From positions 65,154 to 129,153 of the forward strand of contig DGHR01000003.1 of assembly GCA_002392745.1 (NCBI GenBank): DNA of 64,000 nt, written 5' to 3'. The notes under the pieces were generated by a model, which worked only from the letters and a program-made list of their open reading frames with translations, had not been told where the DNA came from and searched no databases. The translations under genes were made by a program, and so were the position numbers. This DNA comes from Bacteroidales bacterium UBA3843 (GTDB lineage: Bacteria; Bacteroidota; Bacteroidia; Bacteroidales; Paludibacteraceae). Positions 1 through 8,473 of this stretch are shown here, piece after piece. Numbering within the stretch: the first letter of the stretch is position 1; every line of letters begins with the position of its first letter.

Positions 1-932
1 AGACAGACAGTTCCGTTATAGTGGAGGTGTTCCAACCCTACCAACGTATGGAGGTAACACACCCCCTGCAACGGTTGGGGACGATGAGCACCGTGCAAGT
101 CGGATTTCTCTATGCACTGGATGCAATCGATCATTTAGCTGCAGTCTGCAACCCGGAACTGATTTATACGCCCATCAAGGGTGATGAGATAGATCTCGGG
201 GATTCGATGAAACCCAGTGCCGAACGCGTATTGCAAGCCGGACTGGATGCCTTGCTTGCGGTCAACTACGGCCAATATGACAATCTGGAGGCAGCACGAC
301 TAGAGAAACTGGGTGTGCCTGTCATTTATATCAACGAATGGCAGGAAGGCTCGCCGTTGGCGAGAGCCGAATGGATACGTGTCATAGGTGCGCTGGTAGG
401 CAAACTGCATGAGGCGGACTCTATCTTCAATGCGGTCGAAGCCAAGTATCTCAGTCTGTCAGCGGAGCGGTCTGTCAAGCCGAAGAGCGGTCTTGACTCA
501 GACAGCAAGGCGGTATCCATCATGAGCGGCAATAATTTCCGCGGTACATGGTACGTGCCGAGCGGCAAGAACTATCTGGCGTATCTATTCAAGGATGCCG
601 GAGCAGAATATCCGTTCTATAATGACGAACGAGCTACCAGTATCCCGTTGACCGTCGAAGAGACCATCCATTATTTCCACAATGCCGATGTATGGGTGGG
701 AGCAGGCGGAAGCAGCCTGGCTGAACTGGCCGAGATGGACGAGAAACACACGTGGTTCAAGGCCTATGAAAACGGTCGCGTCTATAACTGGCGCAAACAA
801 CGCAAGGCCGGCGGTCCGAATAACTTCTGGGAACGCGGGGTAGTGCACCCCGAAGAAATGCTCGAGGATGTGATAAACATCCTAAATAACGCCCCAGACA
901 GTCTGCTGCATTTTGCAGAGAGATTATACTAA
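1..932 (+). CDS. ABC-transporter periplasmic substrate-binding protein (iron-siderophore/cobalamin class); N-terminus lies outside the window
   Basis: The frame is open from the window edge, with no stop between nt 3 and the GTG at 21. The translation has the layout of class III periplasmic binding proteins (GLDALLAVNYG, KLGVPVIYINEW..SPLARAEWIRVIGAL). Stop at 930-932. Confidence 0.7.
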   Translation, partial: TDSSVIVEVFQPYQRMEVTHPLQRLGTMSTVQVGFLYALDAIDHLAAVCNPELIYTPIKGDEIDLGDSMKPSAERVLQAGLDALLAVNYGQYDNLEAARLEKLGVPVIYINEWQEGSPLARAEWIRVIGALVGKLHEADSIFNAVEAKYLSLSAERSVKPKSGLDSDSKAVSIMSGNNFRGTWYVPSGKNYLAYLFKDAGAEYPFYNDERATSIPLTVEETIHYFHNADVWVGAGGSSLAELAEMDEKHTWFKAYENGRVYNWRKQRKAGGPNNFWERGVVHPEEMLEDVINILNNAPDSLLHFAERLY

Positions 933-970
933 TAGCCGGTTCAGAATAAGTCAGATAGTAAACAAACGGA

Positions 971-1168
971 CTAATAGAGAGCCGCAATCTCTTCCAGACA
1001 TTTTCTACAGAGACAATCCGAATAATGCGCGCGCAGATATGCACGCGCATTTTCGTTCAAGACAACTCCCACGCATTGGCAGAAAGCATCGTGGGTACAA
1101 ACAAACGCTGCTCCGCAACGGGGACAGCGTTTGCTATTTGATATTTGAGAAGCGGGATTATTTACCAT
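971..1168 (-). CDS. small cysteine-rich CWC-family-like protein
   Basis: 65-aa ORF with CPRCGAAFVC..H..FCQC and C..C pairs, the pattern of cysteine-rich CWC family proteins. Short, so only moderate support. Confidence 0.55.
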   Translation of the reverse strand: MVNNPASQISNSKRCPRCGAAFVCTHDAFCQCVGVVLNENARAYLRAHYSDCLCRKCLEEIAALY

Positions 1169-1169
1169 C

Positions 1170-1226
1170 TATTCATTTACCATTTGGTCATTTACCATTT
1201 ACCATTTGATTATTTGGCATTTGGTT
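1170..1226 (-). repeat. dispersed intergenic repeat, copy 1 (GGTAAAT-type low-complexity element just after the amylase stop)
   Basis: The minus strand reads aaccaaatgccaaataatcaaatggtaaatggtaaatgaccaaatggtaaatgaat. A 30-nt core (1175-1204) is identical to 30456-30485 on the plus strand. Confidence 0.7.
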
Positions 1227-1228
1227 AT

Positions 1229-3091
1229 TTACTTGGTAAGTTTGACGATCAGAGTACTCAGTGCAGGAACACGGATGTCTTTGCGGCTGAGGTCTATGGA
1301 TTCCCCTGTCAGCGGATTGCGGCCAACGGCATTGTACTTACCCAAAATCTCAGCATAGTGTTTTGTGGGAATCGTACGCGCTTCTTCTGCCGCATTGGCA
1401 AAAACAAACACAGCCTCTTTGTCGTTATAGCGGAAGAAAGCGTATGTGTTGTCGCGGCTAAAGAAATGCATGGTACGTCCGGAATGGAGCACCGGTTCGC
1501 TTTTGCGCCATTGGAAGAGTGCGGCTTGGAAATCAAACATCTGCTGCATTTCGGCCGTAACCTCGTTTCCTTGCGGCAGCGGTGCACGCAGATATGAGTG
1601 GTTGCTGACATCTTCGCCCTTGGAGGTCATGGCGTATTCGTCGCCGTACAGCACTTGTGGAATACCGCGCATGGTAGCCAGGAGAACGTAGGCGAGTTTG
1701 ACACGGCGCGGGTCTTTGTCTTTCACAACATCCGTGATACGCGCCATATCGTGGTTGCCAAGGAAAGTCAACAGTTTGTTGACATCGGCGTACTGATAAT
1801 CCATTGCCACAGCATCATAGACACGCGTGAGTCCGTTGCCCCAGCCGTTGCCATCGTTTTCCAATGCCTGACGGATTGCCTCTTCCGTCGGGAAATCCAT
1901 GACGGTAGGCAGATTGCTGTCAAAGCCATCGAAATTCTTGGTGCCGGACTGCCAGTAGGCGACCGCCGGAGCCGGACGAGTCCAGCATTCGCCGACAATA
2001 TTGATATTCGGGTATTCCTCGCGGATGGCTTTAATCCATTGGCTGCCGGGGATTTTCTCAATATAAGGGTAGGTATCTACGCGGAGACCATCCAGATTCG
2101 CATATTCAATCCACCAGATAGCCCATTGCTGGAAATATTTCAGCAGGTCGGGGTTCTCCAGATTCATATCCGGCATAGGATGGTCGAACCAACCGCGGTT
2201 GCTGAGCAGGCGGTCGTATTCCGAGGCGTTGATGTCATAGTTGGCCGAGAACACATTATTGGTGTTGGTGAACTCGGGGAACTGATTAATCCAGTCCCGG
2301 TAAGGCAGGTCCTTCATCCACCAGTGGGATGCGCCACAATGGTTAGGTACCATATCCATCAAAATCTTCAGTCCTTTCTGATGTGCCTCTTGTACCATTA
2401 ATGCGTATTGTGTATTCGAGCCGTAGCGCGGGTCAATGTGGTAATAATCAGAGCATGCGTAGCCATGATAAGACCATGCCTCTTCGTCATCACACAACAT
2501 CGGAGTGGGCCATATAGCGGTGGCTCCCAGTGCTGAAATATGGTCAAAAGAGTTGATGATACCCTGAATATCTCCTCCCCAACGGCCGTTGACATTGCTC
2601 TTGTCTGCTTTCTCGCGGGTGTCCTTGGTGGAGTTGTTGCTCTCGTCTCCATCCACAAACCGGTCTGACATAATGAGATAAATCATGTCCGCGGCAGTAA
2701 AACTCTGTCTGTCCCGGCTGCCGTTGCGGCGTTCTGCAATCAGATAGTCGTATTGTGCTTTTTTCTTGCCCTTCTGGAGCGTAATTCGATACATACCGGG
2801 CTGGAAGACTCCCATGTCAACAAACAGGTAGTTCGGACTCTCCGCATTGTGTTGTCCGCGTACCACCAAACCGTGACACTCGCCCCGTCTGGCTTTTCCG
2901 TTGACCAGTTGCTGTACGCTAACTTTTGCGTCCTGCAAGTCCTCTCCATGGAACATAAGGGTGAGTGGCGTTTTCATGTCGGTCCACCAGCATAGAGGTT
3001 CCACCTGTTGAATTTTCGGCGCAGCCGTCATCCATGCGGCGCAGAGTAGGGCGGCTGCCATCAGAGAAAATCTGTTCTTCATAGTATCCAT
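1229..3091 (-). CDS. GH13 alpha-amylase-family glycoside hydrolase (cyclomaltodextrinase/neopullulanase-like), secreted
   Basis: 620 aa with an N-terminal signal peptide. The GH13 conserved regions are present: LMDMVPNH (I), GLRVDTYPY (II), VGECW (III), FLGNHD (IV), plus DRFVDGD. Confidence 0.9.
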   Translation of the reverse strand: MDTMKNRFSLMAAALLCAAWMTAAPKIQQVEPLCWWTDMKTPLTLMFHGEDLQDAKVSVQQLVNGKARRGECHGLVVRGQHNAESPNYLFVDMGVFQPGMYRITLQKGKKKAQYDYLIAERRNGSRDRQSFTAADMIYLIMSDRFVDGDESNNSTKDTREKADKSNVNGRWGGDIQGIINSFDHISALGATAIWPTPMLCDDEEAWSYHGYACSDYYHIDPRYGSNTQYALMVQEAHQKGLKILMDMVPNHCGASHWWMKDLPYRDWINQFPEFTNTNNVFSANYDINASEYDRLLSNRGWFDHPMPDMNLENPDLLKYFQQWAIWWIEYANLDGLRVDTYPYIEKIPGSQWIKAIREEYPNINIVGECWTRPAPAVAYWQSGTKNFDGFDSNLPTVMDFPTEEAIRQALENDGNGWGNGLTRVYDAVAMDYQYADVNKLLTFLGNHDMARITDVVKDKDPRRVKLAYVLLATMRGIPQVLYGDEYAMTSKGEDVSNHSYLRAPLPQGNEVTAEMQQMFDFQAALFQWRKSEPVLHSGRTMHFFSRDNTYAFFRYNDKEAVFVFANAAEEARTIPTKHYAEILGKYNAVGRNPLTGESIDLSRKDIRVPALSTLIVKLTK

Positions 3092-3100
3092 GTTTTTTGT

Positions 3101-4423
3101 TTATATTTCATTTACCATCACTTTGTCCAGGGTCTTGTGTGTCTGCCGGATGTGTGTGTATCTGTTCCAGAACTGTTCCATCTCTTCCGAAGGATTTTGC
3201 AGGAACTGTTCTGTTCCCTGACATTCGATGCGCTCGATGACCATCCCGATACTTATCTTGTGAGTGTCCAATGCCGGTTGGTATGTGCGCTCCTCTTCTC
3301 CCTCGACATACACTTCCCTCAATATACCGGTCTCGACCATACGGCTCAACAGGCGGTTGACAAGGCGGATGGGCAAATGGTCGCGAACGGCCAGTTCGTG
3401 CGCCGTATAAGGCGCTTCGTCCGCCTCGAAGCGGCGGATGATAACAGAAAGCAGATAGAGCATAATGAAATCTTTGTAACGGCGAGACATACTATTGAGG
3501 TCCTGCTCGTACTCGAACTCTTCATTATTCTGAATGGCATATGACATTTCCGCTCCGATCAGAATCAGCAGACTGGTGTATTGGAGCATCGTCATCAGTA
3601 TAGGCAGTGTTGCAAAGGCTCCATAGACAATACTGGTTCGGCTAAGCATAGCTATCAAATAGACAGAAAGCATCTGCAGCAACTGGAAGAGCGTTCCCAT
3701 CAGCACACCCGGTATAAGCGCACTGAGGAAGCGAACTTTCGTATTCGGGATAGCAATATACATGGTAATGAAAAACATCCATACGATTGCAAACTGCAAG
3801 GCTTTGACGCCGCTGGTATGGAAGAATTGATGCAAAGCCTCTACATGGAACGAGCTCTCAATCGTGGTTTGCAGGAAGATGTTAATACCTGCGGAGCAAA
3901 CGATAAGCACGGGAATCAGCACTACGATAGCAATATATGTAGTGAGCTGGTGCAGAATAGAGCGGGATTTCCGGACATTCCATATTCCGTTAAAGGCCTG
4001 TTCGACGGATTGGAAGAAGGAATAAACCGCCCACAGCAAAATCAGGATACCTATACCAATGAAAAGCCCATCCTGTGCCGTCTCCAGATAGCGATCGACC
4101 ATCTCCATGATAGTAGGCACCAGGCCCGTATCGCCGAGGAATGATTTATTCAGCTGCATTTCAATAACGTCCGCCACGCCGAAGCCCTTAGCCACGGCTA
4201 CAATCATTGCCAGAATAGGAACGATAGCAAAAATAAGAGAATAGGTGAGACTTTTCGCTTTGTCATTCAGGTTCTTGCTCCCAAATCCACGAATGACCAG
4301 CACAATCGTGCGGATGATGATATATCCTAATCGCTGAAAGAACCCTGTGAACTCCGTATTGGTGCGTCGCCACATGTCGTAGCGCAGGAAACGTGTAATA
4401 TCGGAAAACTTCACTTTTTTCAT
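3101..4423 (-). CDS. YihY/BrkB-family membrane protein with a C-terminal winged-helix-like extension
   Basis: 440 aa with about 6 hydrophobic segments and typical YihY features (GFGSKNLNDKAKSLTYSLIFAIVPILA..). It lies 9 nt upstream of the amylase start on the same strand. Confidence 0.8.
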   Translation of the reverse strand: MKKVKFSDITRFLRYDMWRRTNTEFTGFFQRLGYIIIRTIVLVIRGFGSKNLNDKAKSLTYSLIFAIVPILAMIVAVAKGFGVADVIEMQLNKSFLGDTGLVPTIMEMVDRYLETAQDGLFIGIGILILLWAVYSFFQSVEQAFNGIWNVRKSRSILHQLTTYIAIVVLIPVLIVCSAGINIFLQTTIESSFHVEALHQFFHTSGVKALQFAIVWMFFITMYIAIPNTKVRFLSALIPGVLMGTLFQLLQMLSVYLIAMLSRTSIVYGAFATLPILMTMLQYTSLLILIGAEMSYAIQNNEEFEYEQDLNSMSRRYKDFIMLYLLSVIIRRFEADEAPYTAHELAVRDHLPIRLVNRLLSRMVETGILREVYVEGEEERTYQPALDTHKISIGMVIERIECQGTEQFLQNPSEEMEQFWNRYTHIRQTHKTLDKVMVNEI

Positions 4424-4454
4424 GATATACCTTTCGTCCTTTCTATCAAATCCC

Positions 4455-4815
4455 GCGAGGGGAAAGAAGGCAAATCTATAAGCCGGGTTCTGTGCCCCGA
4501 AGGGTGTCTGCCATTAATCTCGAACGTCGTGTTACCACGCGTTTCTCTCGCTTCCTACCCTCCAACGTGTCAAAGACTTGCGCGAGCAACGCTCTGACGC
4601 TGGTATACATGGAATTGCAGCCCACAGTGTGCTCGTTTCACCTCACTCGTCTCTGTAGCAGTGACCAAACATTCGCGGCCAGATGTGTCCATGCAGGTGC
4701 ATATACTCATCCGCTTCGCTCTGCCTGACGGCCGTTAACCGCTGTGGTGCTCTGCGCTGCCCGGACTTTCCTCTGCCGATGAGATTAAAGCACGGATGCT
4801 TTTCTTTCCCTCGGT
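4455..4815 (-). ncRNA. rnpB: RNase P RNA (bacterial type A); ends approximate (+/-15 nt)
   Basis: The minus strand contains the universally conserved GAGGAAAGUCCGGGC (reverse complement of 4759-4773) and ACAGAACCCGGCUUA (reverse complement of 4479-4493). A terminal P1 helix can form between CGAGGGAAAGAA (4802-4813) and UUCUUUCCCCUCG (4456-4468). The length of about 360 nt fits. ORFs over this region are spurious. Confidence 0.85.
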
Positions 4816-4840
4816 AGCGGCAGACCGATTTGCTTTCTTT

Positions 4841-4848
4841 CAAACGTA
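4841..4848 (-). promoter_or_regulatory. candidate Bacteroidetes -7 box (TAcgTTTG) for rnpB
   Basis: The reverse complement of caaacgta matches TAnnTTTG. It lies about 25-30 nt upstream of the predicted rnpB 5' end and just after a GCGGGC-actg-GCCCGC hairpin that follows the tRNA. Confidence 0.3.
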
Positions 4849-4870
4849 TAGCGGGCCAGTGCCCGCCCAG

Positions 4871-4941
4871 AGCGGTGTACGGGAATCGAACCCGCCTCCT
4901 CAGCTTGGGAAGCTGATGCACTACCGATGTGCTAACACCGC
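4871..4941 (-). tRNA. tRNA-Gly (anticodon CCC)
   Basis: The minus strand reads GCGGTGTTAGCACATCGGTAGTGCATCAGCTTCCCAAGCTGAGGAGGCGGGTTCGATTCCCGTACACCGCT. It folds as a cloverleaf: acceptor GCGGTGT/ACACCGC, D stem GCAC/GTGC, anticodon stem TCAGC/GCTGA with loop TTCCCAA, and T arm GCGGG-TTCGATT-CCCGT. CCA is not encoded. Confidence 0.9.
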
Positions 4942-4977
4942 GAAGCGCTTGTGCAGCGCGACTTTCAAAATCGGCTA

Positions 4978-4985
4978 CAAAATTA
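4978..4985 (-). promoter_or_regulatory. candidate -7 box (TAatTTTG) for tRNA-Gly
   Basis: The reverse complement of caaaatta matches TAnnTTTG, about 37 nt upstream of the tRNA 5' end. It is preceded by an A/T-rich tract and a TTG about 20 nt upstream. Confidence 0.4.
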
Positions 4986-5167
4986 CAACAAAAAAATGAA
5001 ATACGCAAGTGTGTGCGCGATTTTATATGAAAAATGTGCGTTTTTTTAGTGCGGAGATATGCATATATCATTATAGATAAATCGGAAATCTGACATCTGA
5101 AGTACAATTTATGGGAAGAGAAATTGTTTCTCAAAAACCTCTTTCAGAATGCCCACAAGGCATAGTA

Positions 5168-5326
5168 TTTGTAGTATATACATAGTATATACTATATTAA
5201 ACAAAGTGCCAAAGTGCCAATTTTCGCGCAAAATTCTGCTCTGACAGTGTTCCAATGCTATAGGAATAACCCCCTTATCACCCCGAAATAACGCCGAAAT
5301 CACCCGGAAATCACCCCCTTCTACAT
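5168..5326 (-). repeat. composite repeat IR-L, the inverted partner of 51762-51928
   Basis: Hand alignment to the reverse complement of 51762-51928 gives perfect blocks of 14, 37, 15 and 28 nt (tttgtagtatatac; aaagtgccaaagtgccaattttcgcgcaaaattctgc; cccccttatcacccc; ccgaaatcacccggaaatcacccccttc). Confidence 0.85.
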
Positions 5327-5572
5327 GAACTGGGTGTCGAAAATTGTTCTATACAGTGTCAGCAGAGGAACGTGATAATGTGTAGCTGAGAAGCCGACAC
5401 ATCGAAGTGCCGATATGCCAAGAGTGGGAGGACCGATATGGCGACACAATGATACAGTGATATATCGAGAGAATGAAAGGTCAAAAGGCATGAAGACAGG
5501 AAGAGCGTACGGCCGGAAAATCCGGAAAGAATTTCAGCCAATATACCAGTTAATTATATTTGTGCAAATAAA

Positions 5573-6061
5573 TCAGTCATATCTAAATATCAGAGTGCAG
5601 GCAACGCCATTTTGTTCGCAGCATAGTTCGGTAGGATAATGCAATGCGGCCTTTTCAGAGGGATAATTCTTCAACTGATTAAGAGAAGGAACCGGTTGAT
5701 ATAATAAAACAGAGGTATCTCCTATTGCCGGATTAATGCCTGTGATGAGAATGGCGTGCCCCTCATCTTCTTTATCCAAACGCTGTCCACCACTTATTTC
5801 CCACAAGACAGGCAGGTCTTTGGTTGTGATAACTGTGTCGGTAATGAAAGAATGTGTGTACTGCGGCAGCAAATTAGCCGTGTTGATTTCTACACAGGAA
5901 TAATACAGTCCGTTTTGCGGGATTTTGGTGAGTTGAATGCTTAAAAGCCATGCGATACTTGGATCGGCAGGAACAGATTTTTCGCGATCGTCAATCGTGT
6001 TTTCACAGGAAGAGAACATAATTGCTGCAATGACAAGCAGCGGAAAAAGTTTGTTTTTCAT
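5573..6061 (-). CDS. hypothetical lipoprotein
   Basis: 162 aa. The N-terminus MKNKLFPLLVIAAIMFSSC is a signal peptide with a lipobox cysteine. No recognisable family. Confidence 0.6.
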   Translation of the reverse strand: MKNKLFPLLVIAAIMFSSCENTIDDREKSVPADPSIAWLLSIQLTKIPQNGLYYSCVEINTANLLPQYTHSFITDTVITTKDLPVLWEISGGQRLDKEDEGHAILITGINPAIGDTSVLLYQPVPSLNQLKNYPSEKAALHYPTELCCEQNGVACTLIFRYD

Positions 6062-6072
6062 AATTCAAGGCG

Positions 6073-6432
6073 TTAAATAATCCGCTGTAAAGTAGCTCCC
6101 GATGAATTTATAGTCATTTTATAGGAAGAGTTCCATTTGAAATAATAATTACTCCAAGAGACGGAGCGGATTTTGTTTCCCTTGCTATCATAAAAAACAG
6201 TTTCTACATAAACAGGTATATTTACAGATGTGTCAGACAACTCCACCGCACCACTATTATTTCGTGCGCCAGCTGTCGCCACCGGTAAATTGTCGCAATA
6301 TACGCGTACCGTATAATCGGTACTATTTACGACATACAAGATAGGAAAACTACGCTCGAACGTGTTGTTACAAGAGCAGAAAATGCCCATCATTAGGGCT
6401 AACAAAGCAAATAAACGAATTTTGTTTTTCAT
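6073..6432 (-). CDS. hypothetical lipoprotein (start moved to an internal ATG)
   Basis: The track ORF 6073-6537 has an implausible Arg/Phe-rich extension. The internal ATG at 6432 gives MKNKIRLFALLALMMGIFCSC, a signal peptide with lipobox, and 119 aa. Confidence 0.55.
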   Translation of the reverse strand: MKNKIRLFALLALMMGIFCSCNNTFERSFPILYVVNSTDYTVRVYCDNLPVATAGARNNSGAVELSDTSVNIPVYVETVFYDSKGNKIRSVSWSNYYFKWNSSYKMTINSSGATLQRII

Positions 6433-6587
6433 ACGTGCAAACAATTTTTGAATTTTTTGTTTGCAAAAGTAGTGCTTTGGAGCGGAGAAAACAAAAGTTC
6501 GACGGAATAATCGAAGAAATCGAAGAAATCGAATCAAGCCTCAGGTGAACTCTTCCGAGAAATACAAAGCGTCCACCCATAGAACAT

Positions 6588-7184
6588 CTATTGTAGCAGG
6601 TTTTCTAATTCTTTGCGCGCAGTGGCTACTTTAGAGGCTGCACGGCTTGGAACCGCCTCGTTGAACTGGCTGGAGGAAGGAACTTGTTTGCCGGTTGTTT
6701 GGGCTACCCACATTCTAAGATTGCGTTTATCCTTCAGGTCCGCTTTGCCCATTTTCTCAAGAGCCGTCAGATATTGCGCCACGAGCGCCAGATTGATATG
6801 CCCCGGTTTCTCGGGATGCTCCGGCAGCGAATGCAACAGTTGTTTGATCTGCAGCTCCTGTTGGTCGGAAAGCGCGGCAAGAGGCGAGTAGGGCACAGAC
6901 GGCTGTGCAGTTTGTTTCTTCTGCAAGATATAATCCACCTTCTTTTCAAAATCCTCCTCTTCGTCGCTGATGACAAAAGGCGAAAGACAGATTCTGCAGA
7001 CAAATGCGGTCGCCCACACCGCCGCAACGGCATACAAGATGTATGTCAGAACTTGTTTTGCCGGCGTGTCGATAGCCGCCACCACCATCAGAATCAGCGT
7101 CAATACAGACGTGATTTCGAAGACAGGGCGGATAGTGCGGTCGATTTTGTACAATATTTTGGCAGTGCGCGGGGACATAATCAA
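6588..7184 (-). CDS. hypothetical membrane protein (two TM segments, soluble C-terminal half)
   Basis: 198 aa with TM segments ITSVLTLILMVVAAI and VLTYILYAVAAVWATAFVCRICL. Its start overlaps the stop of the upstream gene (7181-7184), which suggests operon membership. Confidence 0.6.
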   Translation of the reverse strand: MIMSPRTAKILYKIDRTIRPVFEITSVLTLILMVVAAIDTPAKQVLTYILYAVAAVWATAFVCRICLSPFVISDEEEDFEKKVDYILQKKQTAQPSVPYSPLAALSDQQELQIKQLLHSLPEHPEKPGHINLALVAQYLTALEKMGKADLKDKRNLRMWVAQTTGKQVPSSSQFNEAVPSRAASKVATARKELENLLQ

Positions 7185-8473
7185 TAAATCTCGACGATTT
7201 CGCGTTTGACGCGACGGGTGATTTGGCTCTTGGTCAAAGGTATAACTCCCTCCGTTTGTAGGCCTGTGACGCGTTGTGTGGCCTTGATTCTAATGGGAAT
7301 CTCCTGTTTCTTGCTGCCCAAAATATGGGCGTTTGCGAGCATGTTTTTCTCCAGTGTGTACACATGTCCGTTCACCCGCTGGTAAACCGTGTTGTAATCT
7401 ACGTTCGCCCGCATTTTGCGCAGCCGGAACTTTTGGATTTGGCTGTCGCTCATGTTGATGAGATTCAACATCTGAAGCTGGTCTGCATTCAGTTTATAGC
7501 CAAAAGGTATGGTGATTTTGACCTCGGCATGCTCGGAGAAACGGCGCACCTCGTACGTGCGCGAATCCACTATATAATGGCGCGTGAAAGTCAGTTTGAA
7601 GAAGCCGAGGTATTTGATGATTTTCTGTGTGTGGGTGAGCACTGTCTCTCCTTCCGACTCATTGCTGACGGTCCAATGCCTGGTGTCACTCATAGCCTGC
7701 TCAAAGTCATATCGCATGTTTCCCATCGCGAAAAGCGCCTGGTGTACGACCACGCCGCTATCCACGGCATTTGCCGCCCGCCGCATCGCTTTGCCGGCTC
7801 CGGTGTTTTTCTTGTCCAACCGTTCAATCGCATTTCCTGCGAGAATAGAGTCCGCCTGTGCGCGTTTTTCGGCCGAGAAGAACCGTTTGCAGAAACGTCC
7901 CTGGAACTGTAAAGAGTCGCGTCCTTCGCGTGCCGTTTCCGGCATCACCACAATATTGGCAATCATCTGTTCCATGCCCCATGTCTCGCCCTCGGACTGC
8001 ATCCGTACATCGCTAACGACCTGATACTGAGCGGGATTGTCGGGAAACTCTTCTTCGAGTTTGACATACACTGCATGCAGTAGCGCCGCCATCTGTTTTC
8101 GTTTGTTGCGCTGCTTGCTCGCTTTTGCCGCGACGACCGTTTCCTCCAAAGCAATAGGCTGTTCCTTCAGGACAAGCGAAGTACGCTGTATGGCCATGGC
8201 GTTCAGTTCGGAGAGGGTAAGCGAGAGTTTCTCATAGCCAATGAAACTGACGATAACCGCACTGGATTCCGGCAGATTTGTCTCGAAAGAGAAACGTCCG
8301 TCGGTGTTGGTAGCCGTACCCGCCTCCGGTTGCAGTTCCGGATAGACGGTTGCATAAGAAACAGGCGAGCCGTTCTGGTCCACGACGCGTCCGTCATAGC
8401 GATTTGCGAAAGCCGTCAGACTGCACAGAACGCCCATGCATAAAAACAGCCGTATTTTATGCTGACGTATCAT
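7181..8473 (-). CDS. carboxypeptidase-regulatory-like (CarboxypepD_reg) domain protein, secreted
   Basis: 430 aa with a signal peptide. The N-terminal segment GRVVDQNGSPVSYATVY...TNTDGRFSFE is typical of the CarboxypepD_reg fold. A 4-nt overlap (8470-8473) links it to the upstream gene. Confidence 0.7.
   Translation of the reverse strand: MIRQHKIRLFLCMGVLCSLTAFANRYDGRVVDQNGSPVSYATVYPELQPEAGTATNTDGRFSFETNLPESSAVIVSFIGYEKLSLTLSELNAMAIQRTSLVLKEQPIALEETVVAAKASKQRNKRKQMAALLHAVYVKLEEEFPDNPAQYQVVSDVRMQSEGETWGMEQMIANIVVMPETAREGRDSLQFQGRFCKRFFSAEKRAQADSILAGNAIERLDKKNTGAGKAMRRAANAVDSGVVVHQALFAMGNMRYDFEQAMSDTRHWTVSNESEGETVLTHTQKIIKYLGFFKLTFTRHYIVDSRTYEVRRFSEHAEVKITIPFGYKLNADQLQMLNLINMSDSQIQKFRLRKMRANVDYNTVYQRVNGHVYTLEKNMLANAHILGSKKQEIPIRIKATQRVTGLQTEGVIPLTKSQITRRVKREIVEIY

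Noticed and set aside
4643-5134. 163-aa minus-strand ORF, and plus-strand ORFs 4492-4728 and 4796-4999.
   Set aside because: They run straight through the RNase P RNA and tRNA-Gly genes, which are supported by universally conserved sequence and structure.
5270-5318. Whether the TTATCACCCC-type 11-mers are DnaA boxes marking a chromosomal origin near gyrA.
   Set aside because: They do not match the TTATNCACA consensus, since the CAC is shifted and a G/C-run context replaces it. No dnaA/dnaN genes or AT-rich unwinding element of the usual form is adjacent. I kept them only as unexplained iteron-like repeats.
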